Notes under the pieces: model-generated | Told to the model about the DNA's origin: nothing | What the model saw: only the letters and a program-made list of their open reading frames with translations | The model's database searches: none | Shown here: piece by piece, positions 26,703-34,314 of the stretch | Position numbering within the stretch: position 1 is the first letter of the stretch | Layout of the letters: every line of letters starts with the position of its first letter | DNA from: Candidatus Nealsonbacteria bacterium DGGOD1a | GTDB lineage: Bacteria > Patescibacteriota > Minisyncoccia > Minisyncoccales > UBA5738 | Reading direction: 5' to 3' | NCBI GenBank assembly: GCA_022530585.1 | Contig: CP092821.1 | Location: 134,222 to 198,221 of the forward strand | DNA length: 64,000 nt | Position numbers and translations under genes: made by a program

Positions 26703-28170
26703 TGTCAAATACAAGTAGAAATGTCATACCCGGAATTTAAGTAGAAATGTCATACTTGACTTTTGTAGAATTAGTATTGTTATTTCCGGAAAAATATTTT
26801 AACAATTGATTTTTGCGATTTCAGCGGCGATTTGTTTGCGCCAAGGATGATCCGCCGGTGGCTTGGAGATGATTCTTTTTGCCGGTATGGCGGCAATCAA
26901 TTCTTTGGCTTTCAACGGCTTGGCCGGCAGGATTTTGAAGTTTAAATATTTATCCCGCAGACGGATCGCCAGCGATCCGTCGAGCCGCTCTTCCATCAAA
27001 ATTTCATCCTTGCGGCGCACGGTGGCGATCTGCTCTTTGGCGATCTGTATCCATTGGTTTTTGAACCTTATCGTGAAATCATTCTGTACCCGCCTTTGCG
27101 ATTGGACGGAAAATATCGCGTCAAGATTTGAACTTTGAAAATCGGGCAGCTGCCGGTGCAGATCGTTTTTCTTTTTGGGAATCACCGAAAATCTTTGATT
27201 GAAATCCGGAATGAATTCTTCTTTTAAGAATTTGCTGGCCGCGGCGATATCGCTGATGCCGCGCAATCGCAATTCCTTGACCAGCCGGTCCTGCAAAGTG
27301 TCAAAGAGCCGTTCGATTCGGCCTTTGGCTTGCGGGCTGTTGGCGGTGATCAGGGTTATATCCAGTTCCCGGGCGGCTCTCTGAAACTGGGTGATCATTT
27401 CGCTGTTGTCTTTTGCATTTTTGTGATTGATCTTATATGTACTGAATTTATCCAGGTAGATGGCTATCGGTTTGCCTGATTCTTGGAGGTAGCCTTTCCA
27501 GAATTGAAACACATTGATGACGCTTTCGCTATCCGTGAATTCCGCCCGGGTGATCCGGCCGGTGGCATCGTCGACGGAGGCCAACAAACAAGATTCATCG
27601 CCGCGTTTCTCAAACCAGAAGTGGTAACAGCCGTCGAATTGTTCCAGCTCGCCCGGCGATTCTTTGCGTTCTCTTTGGCAGCGGAATTCCTGGTTTTGTT
27701 TTCTTGGTTTGGGCATCCAAATCTTTTTTGCGATCATTAAATTGCGCGTGGTCTGCTTGCCAATTTTTATTCCTTCAACCTCAACCAGTTTTTCATGCGC
27801 CAAGGTCGGGCCGAAATCAGGATACTTTTCTGAAATTATTTGTCCGGATTTTTCCCAGATTTTAAGATCGGTCTTATTGTTGCTTTGCTTGCCTCGCAAG
27901 CCGTGAATGATCCCATTGGCGCCTTTCTCCCGCACTTTGTTGCGCAATCGCTTTACCTGCCTTACCGACCGCCCCAGCTGCTTGGCCGCATCGCCCGGAG
28001 TGATTTCTTTGGCGATCAATTTTCTTATTACTTCATACCTGTCCAGCTCTTTTTGCGTCATCTTGAATAATTCTTTTTCCATATTGGTGGGTTATGTTTT
28101 ATCCACCAATCATACCAGGTATGACATTTCTACTTGGACGCAAGTATGACATTACTACTTTTAAATGACA
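26703..28170 (-). mobile_element. Insertion sequence, ISNCY/IS1202-group-like, with 15-bp direct duplication
   Basis: ~27-bp imperfect terminal IRs starting TGTCA (23/27 match). Each end holds two copies of AAGTAGAAATGTCATAC (26713, 26739; inverted at 28119, 28144). Flanked by TTCGTGCGCCAAACC at 26688-26702 and 28171-28185. Confidence 0.75.
26799..28082 (-). CDS. DDE (rve-type) transposase, ISNCY/IS1202-like
   Basis: 427 aa; N-terminal HTH MTQKELDRYEVIRKL..AAKQLGRSVRQVKRL..GLRGKQSNNK; catalytic region DD..D..SPQAKGRIERLFDTLQDRLVKELRL. Confidence 0.85.
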   Translation of the reverse strand: MEKELFKMTQKELDRYEVIRKLIAKEITPGDAAKQLGRSVRQVKRLRNKVREKGANGIIHGLRGKQSNNKTDLKIWEKSGQIISEKYPDFGPTLAHEKLVEVEGIKIGKQTTRNLMIAKKIWMPKPRKQNQEFRCQRERKESPGELEQFDGCYHFWFEKRGDESCLLASVDDATGRITRAEFTDSESVINVFQFWKGYLQESGKPIAIYLDKFSTYKINHKNAKDNSEMITQFQRAARELDITLITANSPQAKGRIERLFDTLQDRLVKELRLRGISDIAAASKFLKEEFIPDFNQRFSVIPKKKNDLHRQLPDFQSSNLDAIFSVQSQRRVQNDFTIRFKNQWIQIAKEQIATVRRKDEILMEERLDGSLAIRLRDKYLNFKILPAKPLKAKELIAAIPAKRIISKPPADHPWRKQIAAEIAKINC

Positions 28171-28267
28171 TTCGTGCGCCAAACCTTGACAGAATGAGCC
28201 AAAAACTGGTATCTTTTAACTATCAACGCCCCGGCCAGCCGTAAGGTCCGCCGGGGTTTTCCTAAAC

Positions 28268-28870
28268 ATGGAAAGCATATTATTTGTCGATGGCCGCAAT
28301 TTTATCAATAAGATTGAAGTTGTTTTGCGCGAAAATAAAATCAAGAGCATTGATTATTCTTTGTATAATTTTGGCGGGTTGATGGATAAAGTTTTGACGG
28401 GAATAAGAGTTGACCGCCGATTGTTCTATTTTGGAAAACTGGTCAAACATTCGGAAACTTTGGAGAAATCAGCCAAACTTATCGAAAACCAAAGAAAACT
28501 AAAAACCAGCTTGGAAAAGCAAGGTTTTGAAATTGTCATTGCCGGCAGGATTCGCGGCCATTTGGAAAAATGCCAAAAGGGACATGAAATGTTGGTTTTT
28601 AAGGAAAAGGGCGTGGATGTGAAACTTGCGGTTGATATGGTTACGTTGGCTTGCAATAATAAACTGAAAACAGCCATTGTTGGCAGTTCGGATTCTGATT
28701 TGCAGCCGGCAATCAGTGAATTAAAAACGCACGGTGTTGAAAGAATCTATCTTGGCTTTGAAACGGCTCCCAACAAGGGGCTAACATTTACCACCAACAG
28801 AACGATCCTTATTAGAAATTCCGAGGTTTTGGAATTTTTACCAAAAACCTTATTCTCAAAAGATAGTTAA
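28268..28870 (+). CDS. NYN-domain (LabA-like) predicted RNase
   Basis: ILFVDGRNF ... GVDVKLAVDM ... IVGSSDSDLQPAI. Confidence 0.75.
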   Translation: MESILFVDGRNFINKIEVVLRENKIKSIDYSLYNFGGLMDKVLTGIRVDRRLFYFGKLVKHSETLEKSAKLIENQRKLKTSLEKQGFEIVIAGRIRGHLEKCQKGHEMLVFKEKGVDVKLAVDMVTLACNNKLKTAIVGSSDSDLQPAISELKTHGVERIYLGFETAPNKGLTFTTNRTILIRNSEVLEFLPKTLFSKDS

Positions 28871-28901
28871 ACAGGCTCGAACATCGTTTGCCAGACGACC
28901 C
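28867..28901 (+). repeat. Cassette-boundary motif copy 3 of 5
   Basis: TTAAACAGGCTCGAACATCGTTTGCCAGACGACCC, starts inside the NYN stop codon region. Confidence 0.7.
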
Positions 28902-28985
28902 TGCCAGAATTTGAAGCTGAAATCGACTTACCCTCTACGGGGAATCCGAACCCGCGAACATGCGTTGAGCGGTTTTGGGTATAGT
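28901..28985 (+). repeat. tRNA-His 3'-flank unit, copy U2
   Basis: CTGCCAGAATTTGAAGCTGAAATCGACTTACCCTCTACGGGGAATCCGAACCC... about 80 percent identical to U1 by eye; followed by TTGACA at 28999. Confidence 0.6.
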
Positions 28986-29061
28986 TGGTGTGCTTTGCTT
29001 GACATAATGTATACTAAAGTGTTATATAGTATATATCTTAATGATCTAAGCATACTAACTT

Positions 29062-30192
29062 ATGAAAATAGAGATAGGCAAGCTCCAAGGACAAAAAGAA
29101 GGATTTTCTGCCTTCGTTCCTTCTCAGTTTCCGCCAGAAGGTATTTTTGATTTAACCGCGTCCACTCTCATTAAGACTTCAGAGGCGGCGCGGTTAGTTG
29201 GAAAATTGGACGGTATTACTCATACGCTTCCCGATTTGGAGTATTTTCTAACGATGTTTGTTAAAAAAGACGCGGCATCGTCGGCGCAAATCGAGGGAAC
29301 AAGAGCGACAATGATCGACGCCATTGAAAAAGCCGCTGGCGTGGCGACTTCGGAAACTGACGCCGATGACATTTTGTTTTACATTAAAGCTCTCGATTAC
29401 GGAGTCGTGCGACTGAAGGAATTTCCGCTTTCGCTAAGATTGATAAGAGAAATCCACGCCCAATTGATGACTGGCGCCCGCGCAAGCCATTTTGCCGATC
29501 CGGGAGAATTCAGAAAATCACCGAACTGGATCGGTGGAACAACCCCATCGAATGCGTTATTCGTTCCGCCGCCAGTCGAAGAAATGCATCGGGCGCTCAA
29601 CGATTTTGAAAAATTCCTTCATAACGAAAAATCAACTTTGCCGCTGGTCCATATTGCCATCGCGCACGGGCAATTCGAAACTATCCATCCTTTTTTGGAT
29701 GGAAACGGAAGGACGGGCCGGTTACTGATTACTATGTTGTTGTGCCATAGAAATTTGCTGGAGCGGCCAGTGCTTTTCCTCTCCTCCTATTTCAAAAAGC
29801 ACCAAAAAATTTATTATCAGAAGCTTCATGGTTACCATTACGGCGAAGTTGAAGAATGGATAAATTTTTTTCTGGACGGAGTGATTGAAACCGCTAACGA
29901 ATCAATTGCCATATCAAAGTTGATAACCAAAATTCGTGGAAACGACTTAGAGAAAATACAATCGCTGGCCAAAAGAGAATCGGAGAGCGGAGTCAAGGTT
30001 CTTCGGAAATTATACGCGCAACCGATAGTGGCTTCGAAAACGATTATGGACTGGACCGGGTTTACCAGGGCGGGTGCACAGAAGCTGATCGACCGATTTG
30101 TGAAAATCGGAATTTTGGAATTAAAGGAAAACAAAACTGGCTACGACCGTTCCTATATTTATCGCGAATACACAGATGCGTTTTCGGCTTAG
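29062..30192 (+). CDS. Fic-family protein (AMPylase-type, canonical motif)
   Basis: HPFLDGNGRTGRLL; Fic_N-like N-terminus and C-terminal winged-helix region. Confidence 0.9.
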   Translation: MKIEIGKLQGQKEGFSAFVPSQFPPEGIFDLTASTLIKTSEAARLVGKLDGITHTLPDLEYFLTMFVKKDAASSAQIEGTRATMIDAIEKAAGVATSETDADDILFYIKALDYGVVRLKEFPLSLRLIREIHAQLMTGARASHFADPGEFRKSPNWIGGTTPSNALFVPPPVEEMHRALNDFEKFLHNEKSTLPLVHIAIAHGQFETIHPFLDGNGRTGRLLITMLLCHRNLLERPVLFLSSYFKKHQKIYYQKLHGYHYGEVEEWINFFLDGVIETANESIAISKLITKIRGNDLEKIQSLAKRESESGVKVLRKLYAQPIVASKTIMDWTGFTRAGAQKLIDRFVKIGILELKENKTGYDRSYIYREYTDAFSA

Positions 30193-30259
30193 GGAAATAA
30201 ATGGCGGGTTAAGGGGCGGGGTAATCGTTAAAGCGAATTTGACGCTGTATAATATTCCG

Positions 30260-30294
30260 TCAAACAGGCGCGAACATCGGTTGCCAGATGACCC
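30260..30294 (+). repeat. Cassette-boundary motif copy 4 of 5
   Basis: TCAAACAGGCGCGAACATCGGTTGCCAGATGACCCC. Confidence 0.7.
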
Positions 30295-30348
30295 CTTCTA
30301 CGCTAAAGCTTCGAAGGGCAAGCTCTTCGACAAGTTCAGGCCTGCGGT

Positions 30349-30420
30349 CTGCCAATTTTGAAACTAAAATTTGCTATCCTCTGCGGCAAATCCGCGCTGA
30401 TTTTAAGCTAGTTGTTTTGT
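30349..30420 (+). repeat. tRNA-His 3'-flank unit, copy U3 (more diverged)
   Basis: CTGCCAATTTTGAAACTAAAATTTGCTATCCTCTGCGGCAAATCCGCGC... Confidence 0.5.
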
Positions 30421-30431
30421 TGCAGTTAGTT

Positions 30432-30482
30432 GCCTTAATCGTATCAAAATGATACGATTAAGGCATATAAATGATACGATTA
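30432..30482 (+). promoter_or_regulatory. Candidate operator: perfect 14-bp-arm palindrome plus a third half-site over the Fic-like gene start
   Basis: GCCTTAATCGTATC-AAAAT-GATACGATTAAGGC, then GATACGATTA again at 30473-30482. Confidence 0.55.
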
Positions 30483-31540
30483 TGCAACAATTATCCCAAA
30501 AACAGCAAAAAATCCTTTCGATTTTGGTAAAAAATGGCAAGATGTCGTCTTCAGCTATTCGCGAGGCGTTGCTCAAAGCAAAAGAAAATGTGGCACTGAT
30601 TACTGTTAAAAGAGCGTTATCGGAAATGGTTGATGCCGGGGTTATAATTGAGGCCGGCGGGGGAAGATCAACCGTTTATGGAATTGGTATTCCCGGCAGG
30701 GTATTTTTTGATATTGATGCAAGGGATTATTGCGCCGTTGAACCGGATTGGCGTTATGGGTTGAGCCGCTATAATTTTGATTTGTTTGCAAAGATGCCCA
30801 CGGAAGTATTTTATGACGAAGAAAGGGCAAGGCTTGAGGCGGCGACAAAAACCTACAAACAAAGATCGCAAAATGTTACACCGGTAACGCAAAAAAAAGA
30901 ATTGGAGCGGCTGATAATTGAGCTATCGTGGAAATCTTCAAAAATAGAGGGCAACACTTACACATTGTTGGAAACCGAAAAACTTATTTTGGAAAATAAA
31001 AAGGCAGTTGGCCGCAGCGAAAACGAAACCCAGATGATATTGAACCATAAAGACGCTTTTGATTTTGTTCGCCAAAACCAGCAGGAATTCAAAAAAATAA
31101 GCCGCGCCAATCTTGAAAAACTCCACTCGATTTTAGTGAAAGATATGGAGGTCGGTTTTGGTTTGCGCAAGGCGCCGGTTGGGATCACGGGCACCAAATA
31201 CCAGCCGCTTGATAATATTTACCAGGTCGAAGAAGCGGTTAAGACGCTTTCCGCGGCGGCGGATAGAATGGAGAATATTTTTGCAAAGTCATTGCTGGCG
31301 GTTTTGGGCATAAGCTATGTTCAGCCGTTTGAAGACGGCAACAAGCGCACCGGCCGCTTAATGGCCAATGCATTGCTTTTATCCCACAGTCTGGCGCCGC
31401 TTTCGTATCGCAGCGTCGACGAAACGGATTACCGCCAGGCAACAATAGTATTTTACGAACTCAATTCGATGATACCTTTCAAAGAGATTTTTATCGGACA
31501 ATGCGAATTTGCGGCCAATAATTACGCGCTTGGATTATAA
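30482..31540 (+). CDS. wHTH + Fic-fold protein with degenerate active-site motif
   Basis: QPFEDGNKRTGRLMANALL in place of HxFx(D/E)GNGRxxR; N-terminal ILSILVKNGKMSSSAIREAL..ITVKRALSEMV; ATG 30482 preferred to 30449, which lies inside the palindrome. Confidence 0.75.
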   Translation: MQQLSQKQQKILSILVKNGKMSSSAIREALLKAKENVALITVKRALSEMVDAGVIIEAGGGRSTVYGIGIPGRVFFDIDARDYCAVEPDWRYGLSRYNFDLFAKMPTEVFYDEERARLEAATKTYKQRSQNVTPVTQKKELERLIIELSWKSSKIEGNTYTLLETEKLILENKKAVGRSENETQMILNHKDAFDFVRQNQQEFKKISRANLEKLHSILVKDMEVGFGLRKAPVGITGTKYQPLDNIYQVEEAVKTLSAAADRMENIFAKSLLAVLGISYVQPFEDGNKRTGRLMANALLLSHSLAPLSYRSVDETDYRQATIVFYELNSMIPFKEIFIGQCEFAANNYALGL

Positions 31541-31574
31541 GAACAAATGCGAACATCGTATGCCAGACGACCCC
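31541..31574 (+). repeat. Cassette-boundary motif copy 5 of 5
   Basis: GAACAAATGCGAACATCGTATGCCAGACGACCCC, 1 nt after the Fic-like stop. Confidence 0.7.
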
Positions 31575-31595
31575 GGTAGGGGATGATTTTGTGTC

Positions 31596-31695
31596 ATTGG
31601 AAAAAAATTGCTAATTGGCGGTTTTTAATTTGGTTTTGATGGAAAAAGTAAATCAAGCTTTATAAATGAACTTGGGGTCGGTGGTTGATTTATAA
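31596..31695 (+). pseudogene. Remnant of a second mazF/pemK 3' end
   Basis: Translates NLAVFNLVLMEKVNQAL*MNLGSVVDL* versus RLAVFDSVLMEKINQALEISLGLVDL* at 25811-25890. Confidence 0.55.
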
Positions 31696-31719
31696 CCTTT
31701 TGGGGTTTATAAAATTAAT

Positions 31720-32493
31720 ATGGCTAAAGAGAATAAATTAATAAATGAATCCAACTTAAGATTGATTTGCGAATTGCATTTGGGGTTGGAGCGGCAGGGG
31801 CCGGGCAGTCCTGAAATGACTATCAAGGCATTGAGCTTTGTGGATAATCTTGATAAAAATTCGCGGGTGGCGGATTTGGGTTGCGGAACCGGCGGGCAGA
31901 CGATGGTTTTGGCGCAAAATATTGACGGGAATATCACCGGCGTGGATTTTTTCCCCGGTTTTATAGATATTTTTAACGACAATGCCAAAAAATTAAATCT
32001 TCAAGGAAGGGTGAAGGGGATTGTCGGTTCAATGGAGAATCTTTCTTTTCAAAAAGAAGAATTTGACTTGATATGGTCGGAAGGGGCGATTGCCGGGATT
32101 GGTTTTGAGAAAGGGTTAAATTATTGGAGGGATTTTCTAAAAAAAGACGGCTATGTTGCTTTAACTTACGAGTCGTGGTTTACCGATGAACGCCCGGCGG
32201 AAATTGAAAAGTGGTGGGTTGATAATGTTCCTGAAATAAGCACGATAGGAAATAATATTTCAATAATGCAAAAATCGGGATATATTCCTGTTGCCGCATT
32301 TATATTGCCCGAAAATTGCTGGACGGACAATTATTTTGTCCCGCGGGAAGCGGCGGGAAAAGCGCTTTTGGAAAAATACGCCGGGAACAAAACTGTGGAA
32401 GATTTTATCGCAAATATGAGATACGAAGCGGAATTGTATTCAAAATACAAGCAGTATTACGGATATGTTTTTTATATCGGGAAAAAGATTTAA
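31720..32493 (+). CDS. Class I SAM-dependent methyltransferase
   Basis: Motif I VADLGCGTGGQTMVLA; 257 aa. Confidence 0.8.
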   Translation: MAKENKLINESNLRLICELHLGLERQGPGSPEMTIKALSFVDNLDKNSRVADLGCGTGGQTMVLAQNIDGNITGVDFFPGFIDIFNDNAKKLNLQGRVKGIVGSMENLSFQKEEFDLIWSEGAIAGIGFEKGLNYWRDFLKKDGYVALTYESWFTDERPAEIEKWWVDNVPEISTIGNNISIMQKSGYIPVAAFILPENCWTDNYFVPREAAGKALLEKYAGNKTVEDFIANMRYEAELYSKYKQYYGYVFYIGKKI

Positions 32494-32585
32494 CGGCTTT
32501 CCAAAATTGGTGGAACTCAATTAAAATTTCTCAGAAGCAAGACACCTGCGAACCACACATGCTATAATTAAAGATAATAATAACT

Positions 32586-32687
32586 TTACATTACGAAACC
32601 ATCGTTTTTAAATGTTTTGAAGGGGTCGCACCCCTGCGATTACACAGGGGAACGACCCCAAAATGCAAAGCGTTTCGTGATTCAAAA
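32586..32687. repeat. Palindromic intergenic element family A, short-core copy (inverted orientation)
   Basis: CATTACGAAACC...GAAGGGGTCGCACCCCTGCGATTACACAGGGGAACGACCCC...CAAAGCGTTTCGTGATTCAAAA. Confidence 0.65.
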
Positions 32688-32702
32688 TAATAAATAAAAA
32701 AT

Positions 32703-33191
32703 ATGGAAAAAAAGATATTCGCGGTTGTTTTATTTTCGTTTTCCTTGTTTACATTTTCGCCGTTGGCGGCGAACGCGGCGTGTTCGCAGGTGGCGGGGAA
32801 AACATATTATAGCGATAGCGTGAGTTACTTTAAGGATTCGGCGTGCCACCAAGAAATGAGTGCGGCCGATGTCGAGGCGGCGGGCGTTGGTTATATTTCC
32901 ACGGGAAGCGCGAATTGCAAATATAATATTTCAAAAAAACAATATACCGACGGCACTTCTTTTTTTCTCAATAATAAATGTACCGATGAAGCCGCGCCGG
33001 GAGAAACCGCGGCCGCGCCCACGACTCAAACCGTGACTGCCCAAACCCAAACCCAAACGCAAGCGCAGGTTGCGGTCGCTGACGCGACTCAATACGCGCA
33101 AATGAACCAGAGGATCGCGGCGCTTGAAAATCAAGTAAAAATTTTAATGCAAATTATCACGCAGGTCTTGGCGCTGTTGGCGAATAGATAA
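32703..33191 (+). CDS. Secreted protein with Thr/Gln-rich linker and C-terminal coiled-coil tail
   Basis: Signal peptide ending LAANA|A; ends QRIAALENQVKILMQIITQVLALLANR. Confidence 0.6.
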   Translation: MEKKIFAVVLFSFSLFTFSPLAANAACSQVAGKTYYSDSVSYFKDSACHQEMSAADVEAAGVGYISTGSANCKYNISKKQYTDGTSFFLNNKCTDEAAPGETAAAPTTQTVTAQTQTQTQAQVAVADATQYAQMNQRIAALENQVKILMQIITQVLALLANR

Positions 33192-33267
33192 AAGGGAAGC
33201 ATTGCGCTTGTTTTATGCGCGAGTTGCCCGACGGCGTGTATATTTTTGATTAAGTTCTTGTTATAAT

Positions 33268-33427
33268 GGGTCTGTCGCCGAATTGGCTTCAACCGCGATT
33301 TCCATTTTTCGGCTGCAAAGAATTCATCATTCGTCGCCGGATTTAGCTTAAATATGCCTCCTCATTCTTCATTCTTTTCGCTCGAAAACTGAAAATTTCG
33401 TTCTGAAGCTAATTCGGCGACAGACCC
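33268..33427. mobile_element. 160-bp MITE-like element, family B, copy 1
   Basis: TIRs GGGTCTGTCGCCGAATTGGCTTCA / TGAAGCTAATTCGGCGACAGACCC; flanked by ATAAT on both sides. Confidence 0.65.
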
Positions 33428-33505
33428 ATAATGAACGCGGGAGGGCGCCGCATCAAAATCGGCGGTTGCGATTTTGCCGGTTTGCCGTAACAAAATCAAA
33501 TCAAT

Positions 33506-33898
33506 ATGAGCGAAACAAAAAAAGTTTTGGTCATTGACGACGAAATCGTTCTGCTTGATCTTTTGAGTTCAAAAATAAGCCAAAACGGTTTTTTCGTGAT
33601 CGAGGCGCATGACGGCGACGAGGGCTTGCAAAAAGCGCTGGCCGAACATCCCGATCTGGTGTTGCTGGATATTATAATGCCCAAGATGGATGGCATCACA
33701 ATGCTGAAGAAACTGCGAGAAGATCCTTGGGGAAAAACGGCACGGGTGATCATTCTTTCCAATTTGAATACCGCCGAGGCGGTGGAAAAATCTTTGGCCA
33801 ACGGCGCTTATGATTATTTGGTGAAGATCGACTACACGCTTGACGATTTGGTGAGGATTGTTAAAAAAAGGCTTGAAAAGAAAAGGGATTCCCGATGA
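33506..33898 (+). CDS. Single-domain response regulator (receiver)
   Basis: VIDDE, LVLLDIIMPKMDG, ILSN, YLVK. Confidence 0.85.
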   Translation: MSETKKVLVIDDEIVLLDLLSSKISQNGFFVIEAHDGDEGLQKALAEHPDLVLLDIIMPKMDGITMLKKLREDPWGKTARVIILSNLNTAEAVEKSLANGAYDYLVKIDYTLDDLVRIVKKRLEKKRDSR

Positions 33899-33907
33899 TC
33901 AATAAAT

Positions 33908-34105
33908 ATGGAAGAAGATATTCAAAAAAAGTTGGAAGATCAAGGCAAAAAACTCGACGATATTTACAATTCGGTCGAGAAAACGAGAAAATATTTCTTG
34001 TGGATACTTGTCGTAACCGCGGTTATGATAATTTTACCTTTGATCGGTTTGGCAATCGCGATCCCGCAATTTTTGGACGCATACGCCGCCGCGCTGAATT
34101 TTTAG
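33908..34105 (+). CDS. Small membrane protein
   Basis: 65 aa, charged N-terminus then one TM (FLWILVVTAVMIILPLIGLAIAI). Confidence 0.45.
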   Translation: MEEDIQKKLEDQGKKLDDIYNSVEKTRKYFLWILVVTAVMIILPLIGLAIAIPQFLDAYAAALNF

Positions 34106-34242
34106 CATCTTGCCAAGTCGGGATTTGACTTTCAGCCTTTTTTGCGGTTAAATAGAGCCGTGTTTGATTTTGATGTCGGAATTTATGATTTTTTGAAAAT
34201 TGGAAATTAGAAATTGAAAATTGTCCCGCCGCGGCGGGACTC

Positions 34243-34314
34243 GCGGGCGTCGTATAGTGGCTATTATGTGACCTTGCCAAGGTTAAGACGAGAGTTCGAT
34301 TCTCTTCGCCCGCT
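34243..34314 (+). tRNA. tRNA-Gly (anticodon GCC)
   Basis: Acceptor GCGGGCG/CGCCCGC, anticodon stem TGACC/GGTTA with loop TTGCCAA, T arm GAGAG-TTCGATT-CTCTT; 72 nt. Confidence 0.85.

Noticed and set aside
20471-32700. Calling the island a bona fide integron.
   Set aside because: There is no intI-like gene or Pc-attI arrangement in view. The motif lacks the obvious imperfect-palindrome structure of attC sites. One segment (21232-26590) holds many genes on both strands.
33895-34128. The alternative 77-aa frame overlapping the small membrane protein ORF.
   Set aside because: It is Arg-rich with no hydrophobic segment. The 33908 frame gives a coherent charged-head/TM architecture.
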